From: Selaginella moellendorffii
Taxonomy: Eukaryota > Plantae > Lycopodiophyta
Direction: 5' to 3'
NCBI RefSeq assembly: GCF_000143415.4
Contig: NW_003314262.1
Span: 1,415,960 to 1,479,959 of the forward strand
DNA: 64,000 nucleotides
The notes under the pieces were generated by a model. The model saw nothing but the letters and a program-made list of their open reading frames with translations. It did not search any database and was not told the DNA's origin. The position numbers and the translations under genes are program-made. Positions 1-13,426 of this stretch are shown one piece after another; position 1 is the stretch's first letter; every line of letters starts with the position of its first letter.

Positions 1-3000
1 GTGTAATGTGATCAGAAAGATGATCCACAAAACAACCGAAATACTGCATGTTGCTTAAGAAGCATTGCATATCATTCACACACTTCGGAGTAAGAAACTT
101 TAAAATAGCCACAAATTTATTAGGATCAACTTACAAACCTTCACGAAAAATATGGTATCCAAGATAAGTTATGTCCTTGGACCTTGGACTAAACATGCAC
201 TTTGACTACTTCAACTTTAAACCAACTTCTCATACCCAATCCAACACTTTATAAACATTATGGATGTATTCCTCTTACGTCCCCTCCGAGTAAATCAAGA
301 TATCATCAATGAAGTTAGTAATTATCTCCGGCATATTGCAAAACATCTCATCCATCATCCACTGAAAAGTCATTAAAGTACCAAATGGTGTACAAACCAA
401 ACGGTGTATGAAAAATAATTTTAGAAATATCTTCTTCTGCTATTAGTACTTGCCAATACCTAGAAGCAAGATTGAGCTTGGTGAACTAATAACTTCTCCC
501 TAGACGATCCAAGAGATCAATAGTGTGAGGAAGGGGGTACACATCTGGGATCATCACTTCTTTTAATAAATGATCGTCGATGTAGAAATAAATACTAACA
601 TCTCCTTGATGTTTGCACATAAAATCTTGATCTTTTTTAGTGACCGATAATGAATAGAAACCTTGATTAAACGAGCATCCCTAGTTGAAATCAGATGACA
701 TGTGGCAATCTTGACCTCAGATGATAGGTTAAAGTCAAAGAGATCGGCATACTCCATGAGGCGGTCAACTGCTGCAACATAAAGACTATCAAAGGGATCA
801 GAAAAGGGAAGAGCAAAACAAAATAGAAATATAAGAGGAAGTAATAGAGAGATAAAAGTAATAGAAGCAAAGGTAGAAGCAAAGGGACAAAGAAGTCCAA
901 AAGTGAAAGGACTTGATGAAATATAAGGAAGTATGAGATAAAGAGGAGAAGCCTCAAAGTCACATTTGGCATGATTGCATTGCAACTAATCCATACCAAA
1001 TATGAGGTCAAAAGCTTGACTCGACACTATCCATAATGACTGCAACCCAAGCTTGAGATCGCCCATATGCACAACAAGGTCCACTTCATCCCATGCACAT
1101 GCATGTGTACGGGTGTCGCCATAAAGAATGAAAACTAGCTCTATTGTACAATGCAAATGTAGATAGCAATGTATGGCTATAGGTCGAGCAATAAAAGATA
1201 AACTTAAACATGTATTAACCAACACAGAGAGAATAATAAGAGGCCTCTTGTTATAAAAACAAGCTTGGAAAGTAAATACTAGATGAATTGGTGCCGAGTG
1301 AACCCTTTGATGATACTCCTAAAAGAAAGATAGAAGGGTCATAAACTTATTTGCAAGATCCTTCCATTACTCATATGACTCCTTATTTCCTAGATGCATC
1401 TTGGTGTCTAAACCTTCCACTACAGCAACATCAATAAAATGTTATTGACACCAAGGTCTTTACACAGGATATGGAGGCTACCAATCTGGAAAATGCTGAC
1501 AACGGCAATAAATGTGACTAGCTTCATCACATTGTAAATGACTAATTTTTCCATTCTACTTTAGCCATTTAACCACACCTTTAACAACTTAAAGGAGTCT
1601 CACTCATAAACTTCATAAGTCTTATTCTTGACTTGGGGACATGTTAGCCCTATAAATGGCATATATGCCACTCAACTTTTGCATTTGATCCCAGTGATCC
1701 ACATGTCCAATCCCATGACTAACACCCAAACGTACTATTAACATATAAGCCCGTTACGCTAAGGCCATACCCGTTCACTCTTGTTACATTAATAGTCCAA
1801 AACCACCTCCATCACAGTCTTATTTTTCACAGACTAGGCCATCCATCCATGAGTGGTCATCACCTAACCACACCTTAGCACCCTTAGGATGCTTGGAAAC
1901 ATGGAGAATGCCATTCCCCAATGTCTCTTTTCCCATTCCCATCAAGTCCTTCTCCATCTATGGTCATGCTCACCAACTCTGCCACTGGATCAAGGCTCAA
2001 AGGCCTAACCACTAAGTCCCACTAACTTTTGGATTTCCTCACTATGTGACCATATTTTTTGTCACTATACTAGAGGATTATTCCTCTTCCTTTCCATAGT
2101 TTAGAACTTTAGGATGATATTTCGAAACACCATAGCCCTACACAAGCTTTATGGGTACTCTTCCCACCTTCCACCCTTATGTACCCTAGCTATGTGGCTA
2201 AAGCAAGGTTCTAATGAGCCAAGCAAGGTATCCAAGTAGGTAGTGCCATTCATACTTGGATTGGGAGCATTAACCATTCGATCTTTCAGGGGAGTTAGAG
2301 CCGGCTCTTGAACACTTCACCAAGATTACCCGCTTGTCTGTCTGTATTCATTTTAGCCTTAAACTCCTTAGTGGATATATCATCACTGAACACGTGGGTA
2401 TAACCTTCTTTGGTCACACTAGCCTTTCCTAGCCAAATTGGCTCCACTGGAGTCCTCCCCCTATTATACTTTTGGAGCTCACCAAACCTCCCAGGGTGTA
2501 GGAGACAATCACTTTGGGCTTTCACTCTCAGACTCAGACTTGGACTCGGACTCGGACTCAGACTCAGACTCAGACTTAGTCTTGGACTCGGTCTTGGTTT
2601 CAGTCTCGGGCTCGGTCTTGGTCTCAGTCTTAGACTTGATCTCAGTCTCAGTCTTGGTCCCGGTCTCGGTCTCGGTCTTGGTCTCGACCTCGGACTCAAT
2701 CTCGGGTCCATCTCAAACTCGACCTCGGACTCCATTTCAGATCTATCTCAAACTCCATCTTAGGTCCATCTCAGACTTCATCTTAGGTCTATCTCGGACT
2801 CCATCTTACGTCCATTTCGAACTTGATCTCAGGTCCATCTTGGACTCCATCTCTGACTCCATCTCTGACTCCATCTAGGGTCCATATTATACTCCATCTC
2901 GAATTCCATCTCAGACTCCTTCTTGAACTCCATCTTGGACTCTTTTTCGGACTCATTCCTAACACTTCCATGTGTCACGACACTTGGCATACGTTAGTCC

Positions 3001-4344
3001 TTCTTATGTCCCTTTTTAGAGACTCATTCACCGATTACTTCATGCTCATCCCTTGAGCACTTCATTTGGAGTTCCACTCCCACTCTCAACTTTCTAAGTT
3101 AGAGTCTTTGGTCCAAACATGTTATATTTGTGGACTTCTGCTTTGACCACTACCATGTGGCACTTTTTCGGCTCCACTTTGGGGCTTAGGGATTTATGTC
3201 TCACACACATGCCTAGCTAGCCACGACCACATCCTTGCCTTTGTCTTTGAACTTGAGCAACAATAGCATCAACTTCCATCTCCCATAGGAAGTAGAATTG
3301 AAGGATATACAATGAGAAATGGAAGAGATAATATTTTATAATGTTGTGCTAAGCAAAGAGCATTTTTAAAGGTGGCTGGAGCAATAAGTCCTACAAAATT
3401 TTGATGAAGTGCTGGCCACAACATTCCCAGTTTGATCTGCTTCGACATATTTAGCTCCACATAAAGCAAGAGGCTTCAAAAACAAATGCCAAATTACATC
3501 ACTAACTCAAATAACCCTTGATGAAGACGATCCAATTGCTGGCATCATCACAATCGTCAACATGTTCGAATGCATGTTTGACAATGTCTGAAAGAATATT
3601 TCAATCCTCACGAATGGCTGCAATCAAATTATTGTACCACTGCAATGCCATCCCTTGGAGACACATGGGAAACTCATGCAAATATTGAGCATCATCCCAA
3701 GAATGATATGTGGCAATCACCATGAAATAATTGAACCAATAGTACATATCAACTTTAAGATTCTCATGAAAGAACTCCGGCCAAATGCGAACATTGGCAC
3801 CAAAAATAGGAAGAGCTATACCATGTGCTATGAATGCCACCACCAATTGAGTTTAATTGGTCAACTGCAATTGCATAGCATCAAACAATTGCACCAACTG
3901 TTGTTCTAGAGTCAAAAGAGGAGAAGACTACCCTCTGCCATAAAAATGAAAGAAAAGGAAAAAGTAAAAATAAAGAAATGAAAAAAGCTAGAAGGAAATG
4001 GAGATCTAGACAATGCAAAAACTAAATCTAAACAATCCTGAAAGGAAAGAATAGAATAAAAGAAATGGAAAAAGCTAGATCTAGACGATGCAAAAACTAA
4101 ATCTAAACTAAAATCCCAAATTTAAGCATTCCTTAGGGATAATCAAATGTGCCCTTTATCTCCACCAATGTGAGTGCATGGAATATAAAGAGGGAATACA
4201 AAAAATGTGCATATCAATTAGCCTAAAAACCTTAACTTATATACAAGAGCAAGTAGTTTAGATTGAAATTGATCCGACGGCTACTAAAATCCAAGTACGC
4301 TAATATTAGTATATAGCATCATAGCTGTACACTTGGATGTTACA
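1..4344 (-). mobile_element. Degenerate Ty3/Gypsy LTR retrotransposon, 5' part (LTR 4169-4344, gag remnant ~3270-3850, protease/RT remnant to the window edge), interrupted by a solo LTR
   Basis: TG...CA LTR at 4169-4344 matches the LTR at 58638-58813. A PBS-like TGGTGGAG (complement of a tRNA-Ala-type 3' end) abuts the LTR on the minus strand. ORF 3601-3846 is gag-like (WDDAQYLHEFPMCLQGMALQWY). The 540-1530 region aligns with pol remnants at 61640-63790. Confidence 0.8.
1533..3205. mobile_element. Solo LTR, ~1.7-1.8 kb family with internal hexamer/12-mer satellite
   Basis: Starts TGTAAATG and ends TCTCACA. 5-bp TSD CACAT at 1528-1532 and 3206-3210. Colinear with 23591-25401. Confidence 0.85.
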
Positions 4345-5221
4345 TTCTATAAATTTTTTAGAAAAATTTATAAATTATAAATATATACTAACTATTAGAT
4401 GGTAAAATATTCTAGAATATTCAAATATATTTTAGGTATATCTATTACCCTTGCCAAACATAAAAGTGGTCACAAAAGGAATATTTTAGAGTAACAAATA
4501 ATTCACCTTTAACATTGATTTTTATCTTAAGTGAATAAATTATATTTAACTCTATTATTTAAGTATTTCTTTTCTAGAGCATGGCATCTAAACCCTAAAC
4601 CCTCCTGCCATGCTCTAGTTCAATGAAAACTTGAACACTTGTAGGATATCCACTTGTCCAAGGAAGTAATAGACGGGCAAGCATCTTAGTGATTGCCCAA
4701 AGATATCTGGGCAATCACTGAGATGCCATCCCATCTGTAACTTACTTAGAGCACATAAACTCATACCACTTCCATTTTCTGGGTTGGTGTCAACATAACA
4801 CCTTCACATTGCTGATGTGTCCGATTTCCTAGCCTGAAAGGAAGAAGGCCGGATCCTCATGCAGCAAGCTCCTCCCATCAAGGAAAAGGTCGATGCCTTC
4901 ACGAAACTCGGGACTTCTCAATTCAGGGGACTTTAAAGCTTCTGTACAGAGAAAACATGGTTTGCCTATAGTCGCAGATTGCTGCCAGCAAGTGGCACAT
5001 ACTTCTGATGGTCTTGCGGAATGCTGCTCAAGACTCCAGGAAGGTAGACAGCATCATGGCGGATCGTTTTGCAAAGGCGGTGAAAATATGCAAGTCATAC
5101 GACCATACCTCTGTTGCGGAGAGAGTCATCAAGAACAACTGTCTCGACTTCAAGACATGAAAGATAACCACGATCCGACATGTCAATTGGATCGCCAGAA
5201 CGATCGACTGGACATACAAGC

Positions 5222-6793
5222 TGTCAGTGGTTGATCGTGATTGATGCAGATAAGCTGATAGCAGCCTTCCAAGAAGAGGTTAGTGAGCAATGTTTGACCA
5301 AGCAGCAGCACTACCTTGGTTTGTTTGTTTGTTTGTTGTGCTACATTTGGATAAAGAGTCTACCCAAATGTGTCCAGCTTGGGATTCACTCCGACAGTGT
5401 GACTCATCTCACAGTTACCTCAGGCTGCCAAAAGCCCGTGTACACGATGGAAGAAGTGAGCCCAGGAGCAGAGTATACAAGTTTTGTGTCCGTTCATTTC
5501 AGCATCCACATAAATCTCTTGCCACCTTGGATTAGACTCCAGGCTGGCTATCTACACTCCCACTCAGCCGTGAGAGTCTATAACGCTCATACCTTCACGA
5601 TGTTGTTGAAACTTGTCTTTGCTCAAAGCTTTTGTCATAATGTCTGCTGTCATTTGCTTCGTCGAAACATAGCTCAGCTGCACTCTGTTCACTAGAACCT
5701 GCTCTCGAACAAAATGTACCTTTATCTCGAAGTGTTTGGTGCGGCCGTGGAACTTCGGATTTTTCAACAACTCAATCGCGCTTCGATTGTCACAAAACAA
5801 AGTCACTGGCTGCTGCACTGGAAGACCAATCTGCTCCAGAAAATCTGTAAGCCACCTCGCTTCTTGAGTTGCTGTTGTTGCACCAATATATTCGGCCTCA
5901 GTGGATGAAAGTGCTGTGATTGCTTGTCGCTTGCTGCTCCAGCTGACAAGTCCAGGAAGAAAAGATATCCTGAAGTTGATCTTCTTGTATCCTTGTCGCC
6001 AGCCCAAACTGAGTCTGTAAAGCTGACAAGTTGCATACTCCTGGAGCTCCCACTGCTGCTAGACACACTGCTGATGCTTCTGTAGCTCAGTCGATATCCT
6101 ACTGTTCCTCGCAAATACCTGAAAATTCGTTTAACAACGCTCCAATGAACTTCTCCTGGATTCTCAAGAAATCTTGAGACTGCTCCAAATGCAAATCCCA
6201 AGTCTGGTCTGGTACTGATGGCTAGATTAATAAGGCATCCAACTGCTTGTATGGAACTCTCGCCATCACTGTTTTCTCCTCCTCAGAGTTGGGACTTTGC
6301 TCAATAGACAGCACAAGACCTGGATCCATTGGCGTTGCCACAGGCTTGCAATCTTGCATGTTGAACTTGTGCAAAATTTCTTCAACATAATGTGCTTGAG
6401 AGAGCTTGATGACTGCTGCTTCTCTGTCCCAAAGCACCTGGATCCCAAGGCTATAAGAAAGATGTCCAGTCGCTGAAATCTCGAACTGGGACAAAAACTG
6501 TTGCTCGAAATAGCTGATGATTGTTGGCGGACGGGCTGCCATATTATCATATAGAGCTAGAATAGAAAACGCATCTCCAGAACTAAAAATATACATGTTT
6601 GCTATCCGCAAAAATCTTCTTAAAGCCAATGGAGGAAAGAAACCTGTCCATGTGCTCATACCATGCTCTAGAAGACTGCTTCAAGCCATATAGTGCACGC
6701 TTAAGTCGACATACCTTCTGCTCCGGATAATGAATCCATCTGGCTGAGAAATATAAACTTCCTCCTGAAGCTCGCCATGTCTTGATATCAAGC
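5222..6793 (-). mobile_element. Ty1/Copia 3' fragment (RT/RNase H remnants, PPT, 3' LTR)
   Basis: RNase H motifs SSTEAEY, CDNRSAI, HGRTKHFEIKVHFVRE and ADIMTKAL in ORFs at 5564-6659. PPT TGAGTGGGAG at 5557-5566. LTR starts TGTAGATAGCC at 5556 on the minus strand and matches the LTR start at 6794(+). Left boundary is approximate. Confidence 0.85.
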
Positions 6794-7851
6794 TGTAGAT
6801 AGCCAGCCTGGAGTCTAATCTAAGGTGGCAAGAGATTTATGTGGACGCTGACATGAGCGGACACAAGACTTGTGCATGGAGAAAATGAAAAAGTAGTAGT
6901 TAGGTGAAACAGAGTATGTCGTTTAACTAGAAAACTACAGAGCAAATGATGATCTCATGGTCAAAACAAGACCACGCAGTGAGCAGCAAGGCTACGCAAT
7001 CTAGATCATGTGACCACTCGACTGCAGCAAAAGAAGAGGAAGGGAAAAATCCGTGCTGTAGAAAAGTTCATTCAAGATCATGGTTGGAGCGTGCTGGAAA
7101 TTGTAGAAGAAATGACCACAACTAAGGCAATACCAATCCCTTTCTTTACAGGCACAGATTTTGAGAATTGGGTGAAAGAAATTTCATTCCTCTTTCTCTG
7201 GGACAACTGTCTCCGAGTTGTCCAGGGGACAGAGCTTAAGTCAGTGGCAAGCGACAAAGACGAATGGCAGGTCAGAAACGATAAGGCAATCTCCACTATG
7301 GGGATTGGCTTGGGCAAATTGCACCACCACCACTTGTATATCACGAAGACCGCAAAAGAGAATTGGACAGCCTTGAAGAACGTATTTGGGAACCAAGCTA
7401 GCTCAGAGATTTCAAAGGTTGAGTTAAAGTCTAAACTTGGCAGCAGATAAGACTCCAGCAGGAAGGCTGAAGTCGGTGCTCTCCCAGCTGTCAAGTTTAG
7501 GTGAAGCAGTCACCGAGAATGATAAGCGAGCAGTTCTTCTCAATGCTTTGGTTCGCCCAGAATTCAAATCATTGAAGACTATGCTCAAGAACTCAATGAA
7601 AACCTTCATTGAAATGCAAGCAGCTCTTATCAATAAAGAAGAACCAGCCAAAGACCAGACACCCGCAGATACAACCACAACCACAGCTTTGTTTGTCAAC
7701 TCAAAGCAAACAAAGAATTCTCCAGGTAGCGCTAGCAGTTTGGTGCGAGCAACACTGCAAGCAGTTTCAGGGCTAGCAATGTTGGAGACAGCAACTCACG
7801 TGAGCGTAAAGGTGAGTGCAATTATTGTAAGCGGGTTGACTACGCCAGAGA

Positions 7852-9681
7852 ATGCCAAGACAGGTTAGCAGGGCGTCCTCAAGGATTGGGGAGAAAGAAC
7901 GCCAGGACTGGCTATACAAATCAGTCAAGAGCATGGTAAGAGCTATTCCAGAACCTGTGTTTGTTCAGCAGCAGGATCAAGACGTAATCTGGCTAGACAC
8001 AGCAGCAAATATGCACATGACAGGCAGGCGAGAAACTTTCCTGAATCTCAGGAAAATTTCTACAGGCAGGCAGGTTGGTTTAGGAGACAAGAGTTTTCTT
8101 TCAGTTGTAGTAGTGGGCACAGTTCAAGTAAAGCTGGCCTCAGGAGAGCTCCGAGATATCAGGAACATGTATTTTGTTCCAGGCTTGGCGTATCATCTTT
8201 TCTCAATCGGTGAAGCTTCTGACAACGGTTTCTATTTTATTTTTAATGCCAAGCAGGCTATTATGCGAGACGCGAAGACAGATGCTTATGGACAACGCTA
8301 TTCTGGACTTCATAAACTTGACGCCACCATGGTTGTTCCAGATAAGCAGCCAGATCGAGCGCTCTCAACTCGAGCGAGTAATCTCCAGTTGTGGCATGAG
8401 CGTCTAGGCCATGTGCATGAAGACGCCCTCAAAGCAGTGTCCAGAGATCAAGCACATGCACAAGAATTCGAGTTTACAGGCAAGCTTGAATTTTGTGAGG
8501 CTCGTGTGCTAGGAAAACAAACACGCACATCATTTCCAAAGTTTTCAGAATCCAAGAGCAGTCAGCCTCTTGAGCTCGTTCACACAGATGTGTGTGGGCC
8601 TCTCCATGTCCAAAGTCATCGTGGAATGAGGTATTTTTTGACATTCATCAATGACCACTCACGCTACACAGTCGTGAGACTTTTGGCCAAGAAATCTGAA
8701 GTTCTTGATCACTTTAAAGTTTACAAGGCTTCTGCTGAAAATCTTCTTGGCAAGCAGCTCAAGACTTTACGCAGTGACAGAGGTGGCGAGTACAAGTCAC
8801 GAAATTTTATGAAGCTGTACAATGGGAGCGGTATCCAGCAGCAGTTTACAGCTCCAGATAGTCCTGCTCAAAATGGAGTTGCTGAAAGAATGAACCGGAC
8901 TCTTATGGTGAGTGCACGTAGCATGCTTATTCACGCAGGAATGCCACTATCGTTCTGGGCCGAGGCGATTAATACAGCCACATATATTCGCAATCGAGTG
9001 CCTACCCAGCCTCTTGCAGACATTCCTTATCGTCTTTGGACTGGGAAGCAAGTCAGCTTGAGACATCTACGAGTTTTTGGATGCATAACTTATGCGAAAG
9101 TTTCTAACACTCATCGCAGAAAATTGGAGCCGAAGAGCATTCCTTGCATCATGGTTGGCTATTGTCTCGAAACTAAAGTTTATCGTCTTTACAACATAAC
9201 CACCAGATCAATTCTTATCAGCAGAGATGTCAAGTTTGATGAGAATTCTCTTTACAAGCATTGTTATAAAAATCCTGAGACTCCGAGGACGTTTCTGGGG
9301 CATCTGGGCCGCAGCCGCAAGTGCACGGCCAGCAGCAGCTGCGAGTTCAGCAGCCTCAGCCTCAGCAGCAGGTCGAAGCAGAGTAGCAGCCTCCAATTGA
9401 GCCCACACCCGAGCAAGAAGATGAAGCAGTTATGCCATTTGATAACTGGCTTCATTTTTCCAGGTTTGTTTGATGAACCAGAGGAGGAGGAGTCTCCACC
9501 AGGGCAGCCGCAAGCAGAGCCTAGTACTCCTGTGGCTGCAAGATCTCAGCAAGAAGCCGATCTAATTATTCCCGGCAAACCATATCGGACATTCACACGC
9601 AGTGGGAGAGTTAGCTATTTATCGCAAGCAGCTCGCGATGCTCATAACTCCGGCCTCAAATTGCTGTCAGTGATGGAGTAG
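7852..9681 (+). CDS. Copia pol fragment (protease, GAG-pre-integrase, integrase core, SH3)
   Basis: 609-aa ORF with the canonical Copia integrase D,D,E region and RVFGC..Y motif; truncated by a frameshift/stop before RT. Confidence 0.8.
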   Translation: MPRQVSRASSRIGEKERQDWLYKSVKSMVRAIPEPVFVQQQDQDVIWLDTAANMHMTGRRETFLNLRKISTGRQVGLGDKSFLSVVVVGTVQVKLASGELRDIRNMYFVPGLAYHLFSIGEASDNGFYFIFNAKQAIMRDAKTDAYGQRYSGLHKLDATMVVPDKQPDRALSTRASNLQLWHERLGHVHEDALKAVSRDQAHAQEFEFTGKLEFCEARVLGKQTRTSFPKFSESKSSQPLELVHTDVCGPLHVQSHRGMRYFLTFINDHSRYTVVRLLAKKSEVLDHFKVYKASAENLLGKQLKTLRSDRGGEYKSRNFMKLYNGSGIQQQFTAPDSPAQNGVAERMNRTLMVSARSMLIHAGMPLSFWAEAINTATYIRNRVPTQPLADIPYRLWTGKQVSLRHLRVFGCITYAKVSNTHRRKLEPKSIPCIMVGYCLETKVYRLYNITTRSILISRDVKFDENSLYKHCYKNPETPRTFLGHLGRSRKCTASSSCEFSSLSLSSRSKQSSSLQLSPHPSKKMKQLCHLITGFIFPGLFDEPEEEESPPGQPQAEPSTPVAARSQQEADLIIPGKPYRTFTRSGRVSYLSQAARDAHNSGLKLLSVME

Positions 9682-10332
9682 CTTCCTCTTAAACCACGCA
9701 CAGTTTGTGCAGCTCTCCAATCACCAGAAGCAGGACAGTGGAAGGCTGCTATGTAGGAGGAGTATAACCCTTTGATACGTAACAACATTGGGAGTTTGTT
9801 TCTCTTCCACTAGGCAGGAAAATTGTCAGTACCAAGTGGATATTCAAGCACAAATTGGATGCTACTGGAGCAGTGACTCGACATGGAGCTCGCTTTGTAG
9901 CGAGAGGATTTAGTCAAGTACTTGGCGTGGATTTTTCTGAGACTTTTTCACCAGTGGCTAAAATGTCTTCTATACAAATTATTCTATGTCTTGCAGCATA
10001 TTGGGATCTGGAAGTCCATCAGCTTAATATCAAGACAGCGTTTTTAGAGAAGCAGCAGTCATCAAGCTCTCTCAAGCACATTATGTTGAAGAAATTTTGC
10101 ACAAGTTCAACATGCAAGATTGCAAGCCTGTGGCAATGCCAATGGATCCAGGTCTTGTGCTGTCTATTGAGCAAAGTCCCAACTCTGAGGAGGAGAAAAC
10201 AGTGATGGCAAGAGTTCCATATCGACAAGCAGTTGGATGCCTTATTTATCTAGCCATCAGTACCAGACCAGACTTGGGATTTGCATTTGGAGCAGTCTCA
10301 AGATTTCTTGAGAATCCAGGAGAAGTTCATTG

Positions 10333-10620
10333 ATGCTTTATTTCGTTAAAGTGGGACTTTTCATTATCCCATTTATGGTGTGTGGCCACATGCCATTTTT
10401 ATAACAACAATAAAAAATTGAAGTTTTAACTTTATAATTTATAAATTAAAAACTTTTCATATGATTTTGTGTTATAATATTGTGAAATATAAAAAAATAA
10501 ATTAAAAAACTGATAGAAATATTAATAAATATTAATTAAGTACTAGGAAATGGCATGTGGACACATGCTAATTAATGTCCCACTTTACTGAATAAGTCCC
10601 ACTTTAACGAAATAAAGCAT
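10333..10620. mobile_element. 288-bp MITE, non-autonomous relative of the 36799-49383 transposon
   Basis: 27-bp perfect TIR ATGCTTTATTTCGTTAAAGTGGGACTT. 4-bp TSD ATTG at 10329-10332 and 10621-10624. The empty site GAAGTTCATTGGAGC is present in the minus-strand Copia copy near 6140-6153. Confidence 0.92.
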
Positions 10621-11448
10621 ATTGGAGCATTGTTAAACGAATTTTCAAGTATTTGCGAGGAACAGTAGGATATCGACTGAGCTACAGAAGCATCAGCAGC
10701 GTGTCTAGCAGCAGTGGGAGCTCCAGGAGTATGCAACTTGTCAGCTTTACACAATCAGTTTGGGCTGGCGACAAGGATACAAGAAGATCAACTTCAGGAT
10801 ATCTTTTCTTCCTGGACGGTGGACTTGTCAGCTGGAGCAGCAAGTGACAAGCAATCACAGCACTTTCATCCAATGAGGCCGAATATATTGGTGCAACAAC
10901 AGCAGCTCAAGAAGCGAGGTGGCTTACAGATTTTCTGGAGCAGATTGGTGTTCCAGTGCAGCAGCCAGTGACTTTGTTTTGTGACAATCGAAGCACAATT
11001 GAGTTGTTGAAAAATCTGAAGTTCCATGGCAAACACTTTGAGATAAAGGTACATTTTATTCGAGAGCAGGTTCTAGCGAACAGAGTGCAGTTGAGCTATG
11101 TTTTGACGAAGCAGATGACAGCAGACATTATGACAAAAGGTTTGAGCAAAGACAAGTTTCAACAACATTGTGAAGGTATGCTACATGTTGATATAGTTTA
11201 GTAAGTTGATGATTTTATTTGTTTATACTGTAACTATAATCTGTAAAGAACTTCATCTTGGTAATAGCAAAAACAAAAGAAGTGTGAACATTAAGATTTG
11301 AACCTGTGCTGGCAATATTAAATACTATTTTGGCACCAGAAGCATGTTGGTGGTAGAGTGCTCTATGGCAAGTTTTGCAAGTCATGGAGTGTAACAAGTG
11401 GCTTCAAATTTCGCAAATCACTTAGGAAGTAAACATTTTAAGAGTAGT

Positions 11449-11795
11449 GTGTAAGTGATTAATTTTCCATTTTACTTTAGTCACTTATTGACCATTTGAA
11501 GGAGTCTCACTCATAACTTCTATAAGTTTTATTTCTGACTTAGGGACATATTAGCTTTGTAAATGGCATTTATGTCACTCAACTTTTACACTTGGTCCAA
11601 GTGTTCCATGTGTTTGATCCCATGACAAATACACAAAGGTACCACTGACATATCAATTTATTACACTAAAGCTATATCCATTTATTTTTCTCTCATTGGT
11701 AGTCCAAAACCATATATATCATAAACCCATCCCCTATGGATTGGGCCATCTGTCCATGAGTGGTCATCCTTTGACTACATCTTAGCACCCTTAGA
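11449..11795. repeat. Truncated copy of the 1.7-1.8 kb LTR family
   Basis: Aligns with the first ~350 bp of 1533-3205 and 23591-25401. Confidence 0.7.
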
Positions 11796-11799
11796 ATCT

Positions 11800-13370
11800 T
11801 TATGATGGCAATAGAGCCAATATATGTTTAGTGGAACACCAATAATGAGGAATTCTTAGATCATGGTTTGGAGTTAGTGCAATGCAAGTTAGAATATAAG
11901 TTTAGGGAATTTTTGAGCCTTTAAAGTTATCAACTTATACCTATACTCAAGATTTAGACAAGAAAGCAGAAAGAATCTAAGACAATCTAGGCTTATGAGC
12001 CATATTATAGTGCAACTACAGCCTTCAGTTCATGATTGGCAACTATAGAATTATTTTTTAGGTGGGTTTAAGAAATCTTTATTCACTGGAAAATCAATTA
12101 CTTGCAACATTCTAAGATCAAGAGTTGGTGCTAAAGTTATACCACAATATTCCATCCCTACAATAGATTTGAACGGATGGGAAATAAAAGGATATTTGAA
12201 CAAAGATAAAGAATCTTATTGCTTCACTAACTCAAGAGCTTAAGTCTCAATTTACCAAAGTGGATCATTACATAGTGATTTTGGGAAAAACTTAGTGGAC
12301 AAATATATAAAAATTCCAAATCAAGCCAAAACTAAGATATGTTTTAAGTGCAAAAGGAGATATGTAAGCTTCTCAAACTTTCCTAAAATGTCACTCAATC
12401 TAGTATTATTTAAAAATAAAAACACTTAACCTTAATTATCTTAACACCTTAACCAATTAAAAATGAAGTGTACTTTTATTCATAAGTCATTTCTTTTTAT
12501 ATTTAAACCTTAATGGATTGTCTCTTAAGTTGTTCTCTTTAGTTACTTACAAAATAATCATTGAGCTAGAAATTATCTACTAAATTAAAAAAGGTTTAGG
12601 AAATCACATAATAGCAACTAAGGAAAGAGATCATAAAAAAGTAGAGGCACAATTTTCTCAAAAGGAAGAAGAAAAAGATTCTCTTATATATGCAATATAC
12701 ACTTGTTAGCAACAAAAGAAGATGAACAAAAAAAAAGAAAGCTCTAGAAAATAATTAGGCAAATCAAGTTGTTCTAGCAAGCATCCAAAATTAGAGATAT
12801 AAGAGATGACCAAGTTTATAAAGGAATCTCTAATTTAATTTCAACTTAATTAAATTTAACAACTGATGAGGAAAGAACATTGAGGCTACTAGTAAAATAG
12901 ATAGATGAAGATAAGAGAGTAGATTGGAAGAGGCCCTAAGGGGAATAGAGTGGAATCTTTTCTCTTTTTAAAGATTAACTTCCAATGCATCCTTATGCAA
13001 TTGGTGAAATGATGAAATGAAATGATTATTTTCAAAAGAAAGGTTAAAGCTTTGTTAGATTTCAATGTGAATCAATCAATCTTGAACTATAAGGTGGTGA
13101 AAAAGCTCAAAATTAAGCAACTAATAGAGCTGTGGCCTTTTAAAATGATTGGAGCTAATGGTGACTTAACTTAATCAAGGATTTATTTAGAATCTTTTGA
13201 TTTAAGTAGGACTAATAGTGATTCTCTTCATAGTTATGGTTAACCATTAGGACTATTATTTTCTCCTATTCAATCTAGAAGCTTATCTCATACTACATGG
13301 ATATCTAAAGCCTCATAAGAAGGTATTTTGTTTCTTCAATCATGAAGGAAAGAAGTTAAAATTTTAGTGA
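11800..13370 (+). mobile_element. Highly decayed Gypsy gag/protease relic
   Basis: Zn-knuckle-like TGTTTTAAGTGC near 12340 and protease-like KVKALLD near 13040-13060; no intact ORF. Confidence 0.4.
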
Positions 13371-13426
13371 TTTATAATTATCATGGTAAGAGGCTGGTAT
13401 TGCTAAACCCTTTATCAATCCCTTTT

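Larger units (their letters stand above)
6794..11201 (+). mobile_element. Ty1/Copia element, disrupted (5' LTR start, gag, protease-GAG_pre-integrase-integrase, internally deleted RT, RNase H; no 3' LTR seen)
   Basis: WLDTAANMHMT (protease), LWHERLGH, HTDVCGP, LRSDRGGEY, QNGVAERMNRTL, ARGFSQ..GVDFSETFSPVAK, SFT.SVWAGDKDTRRSTSGY. Several stops and frameshifts. Confidence 0.9.

Noticed and set aside
4860-5220. Coding-like fragment (VLRNAAQDSRKVDSIMADRFAKAVKICKSY...)
   Set aside because: Contains stops and I cannot assign a family; left unannotated pending a homology search.
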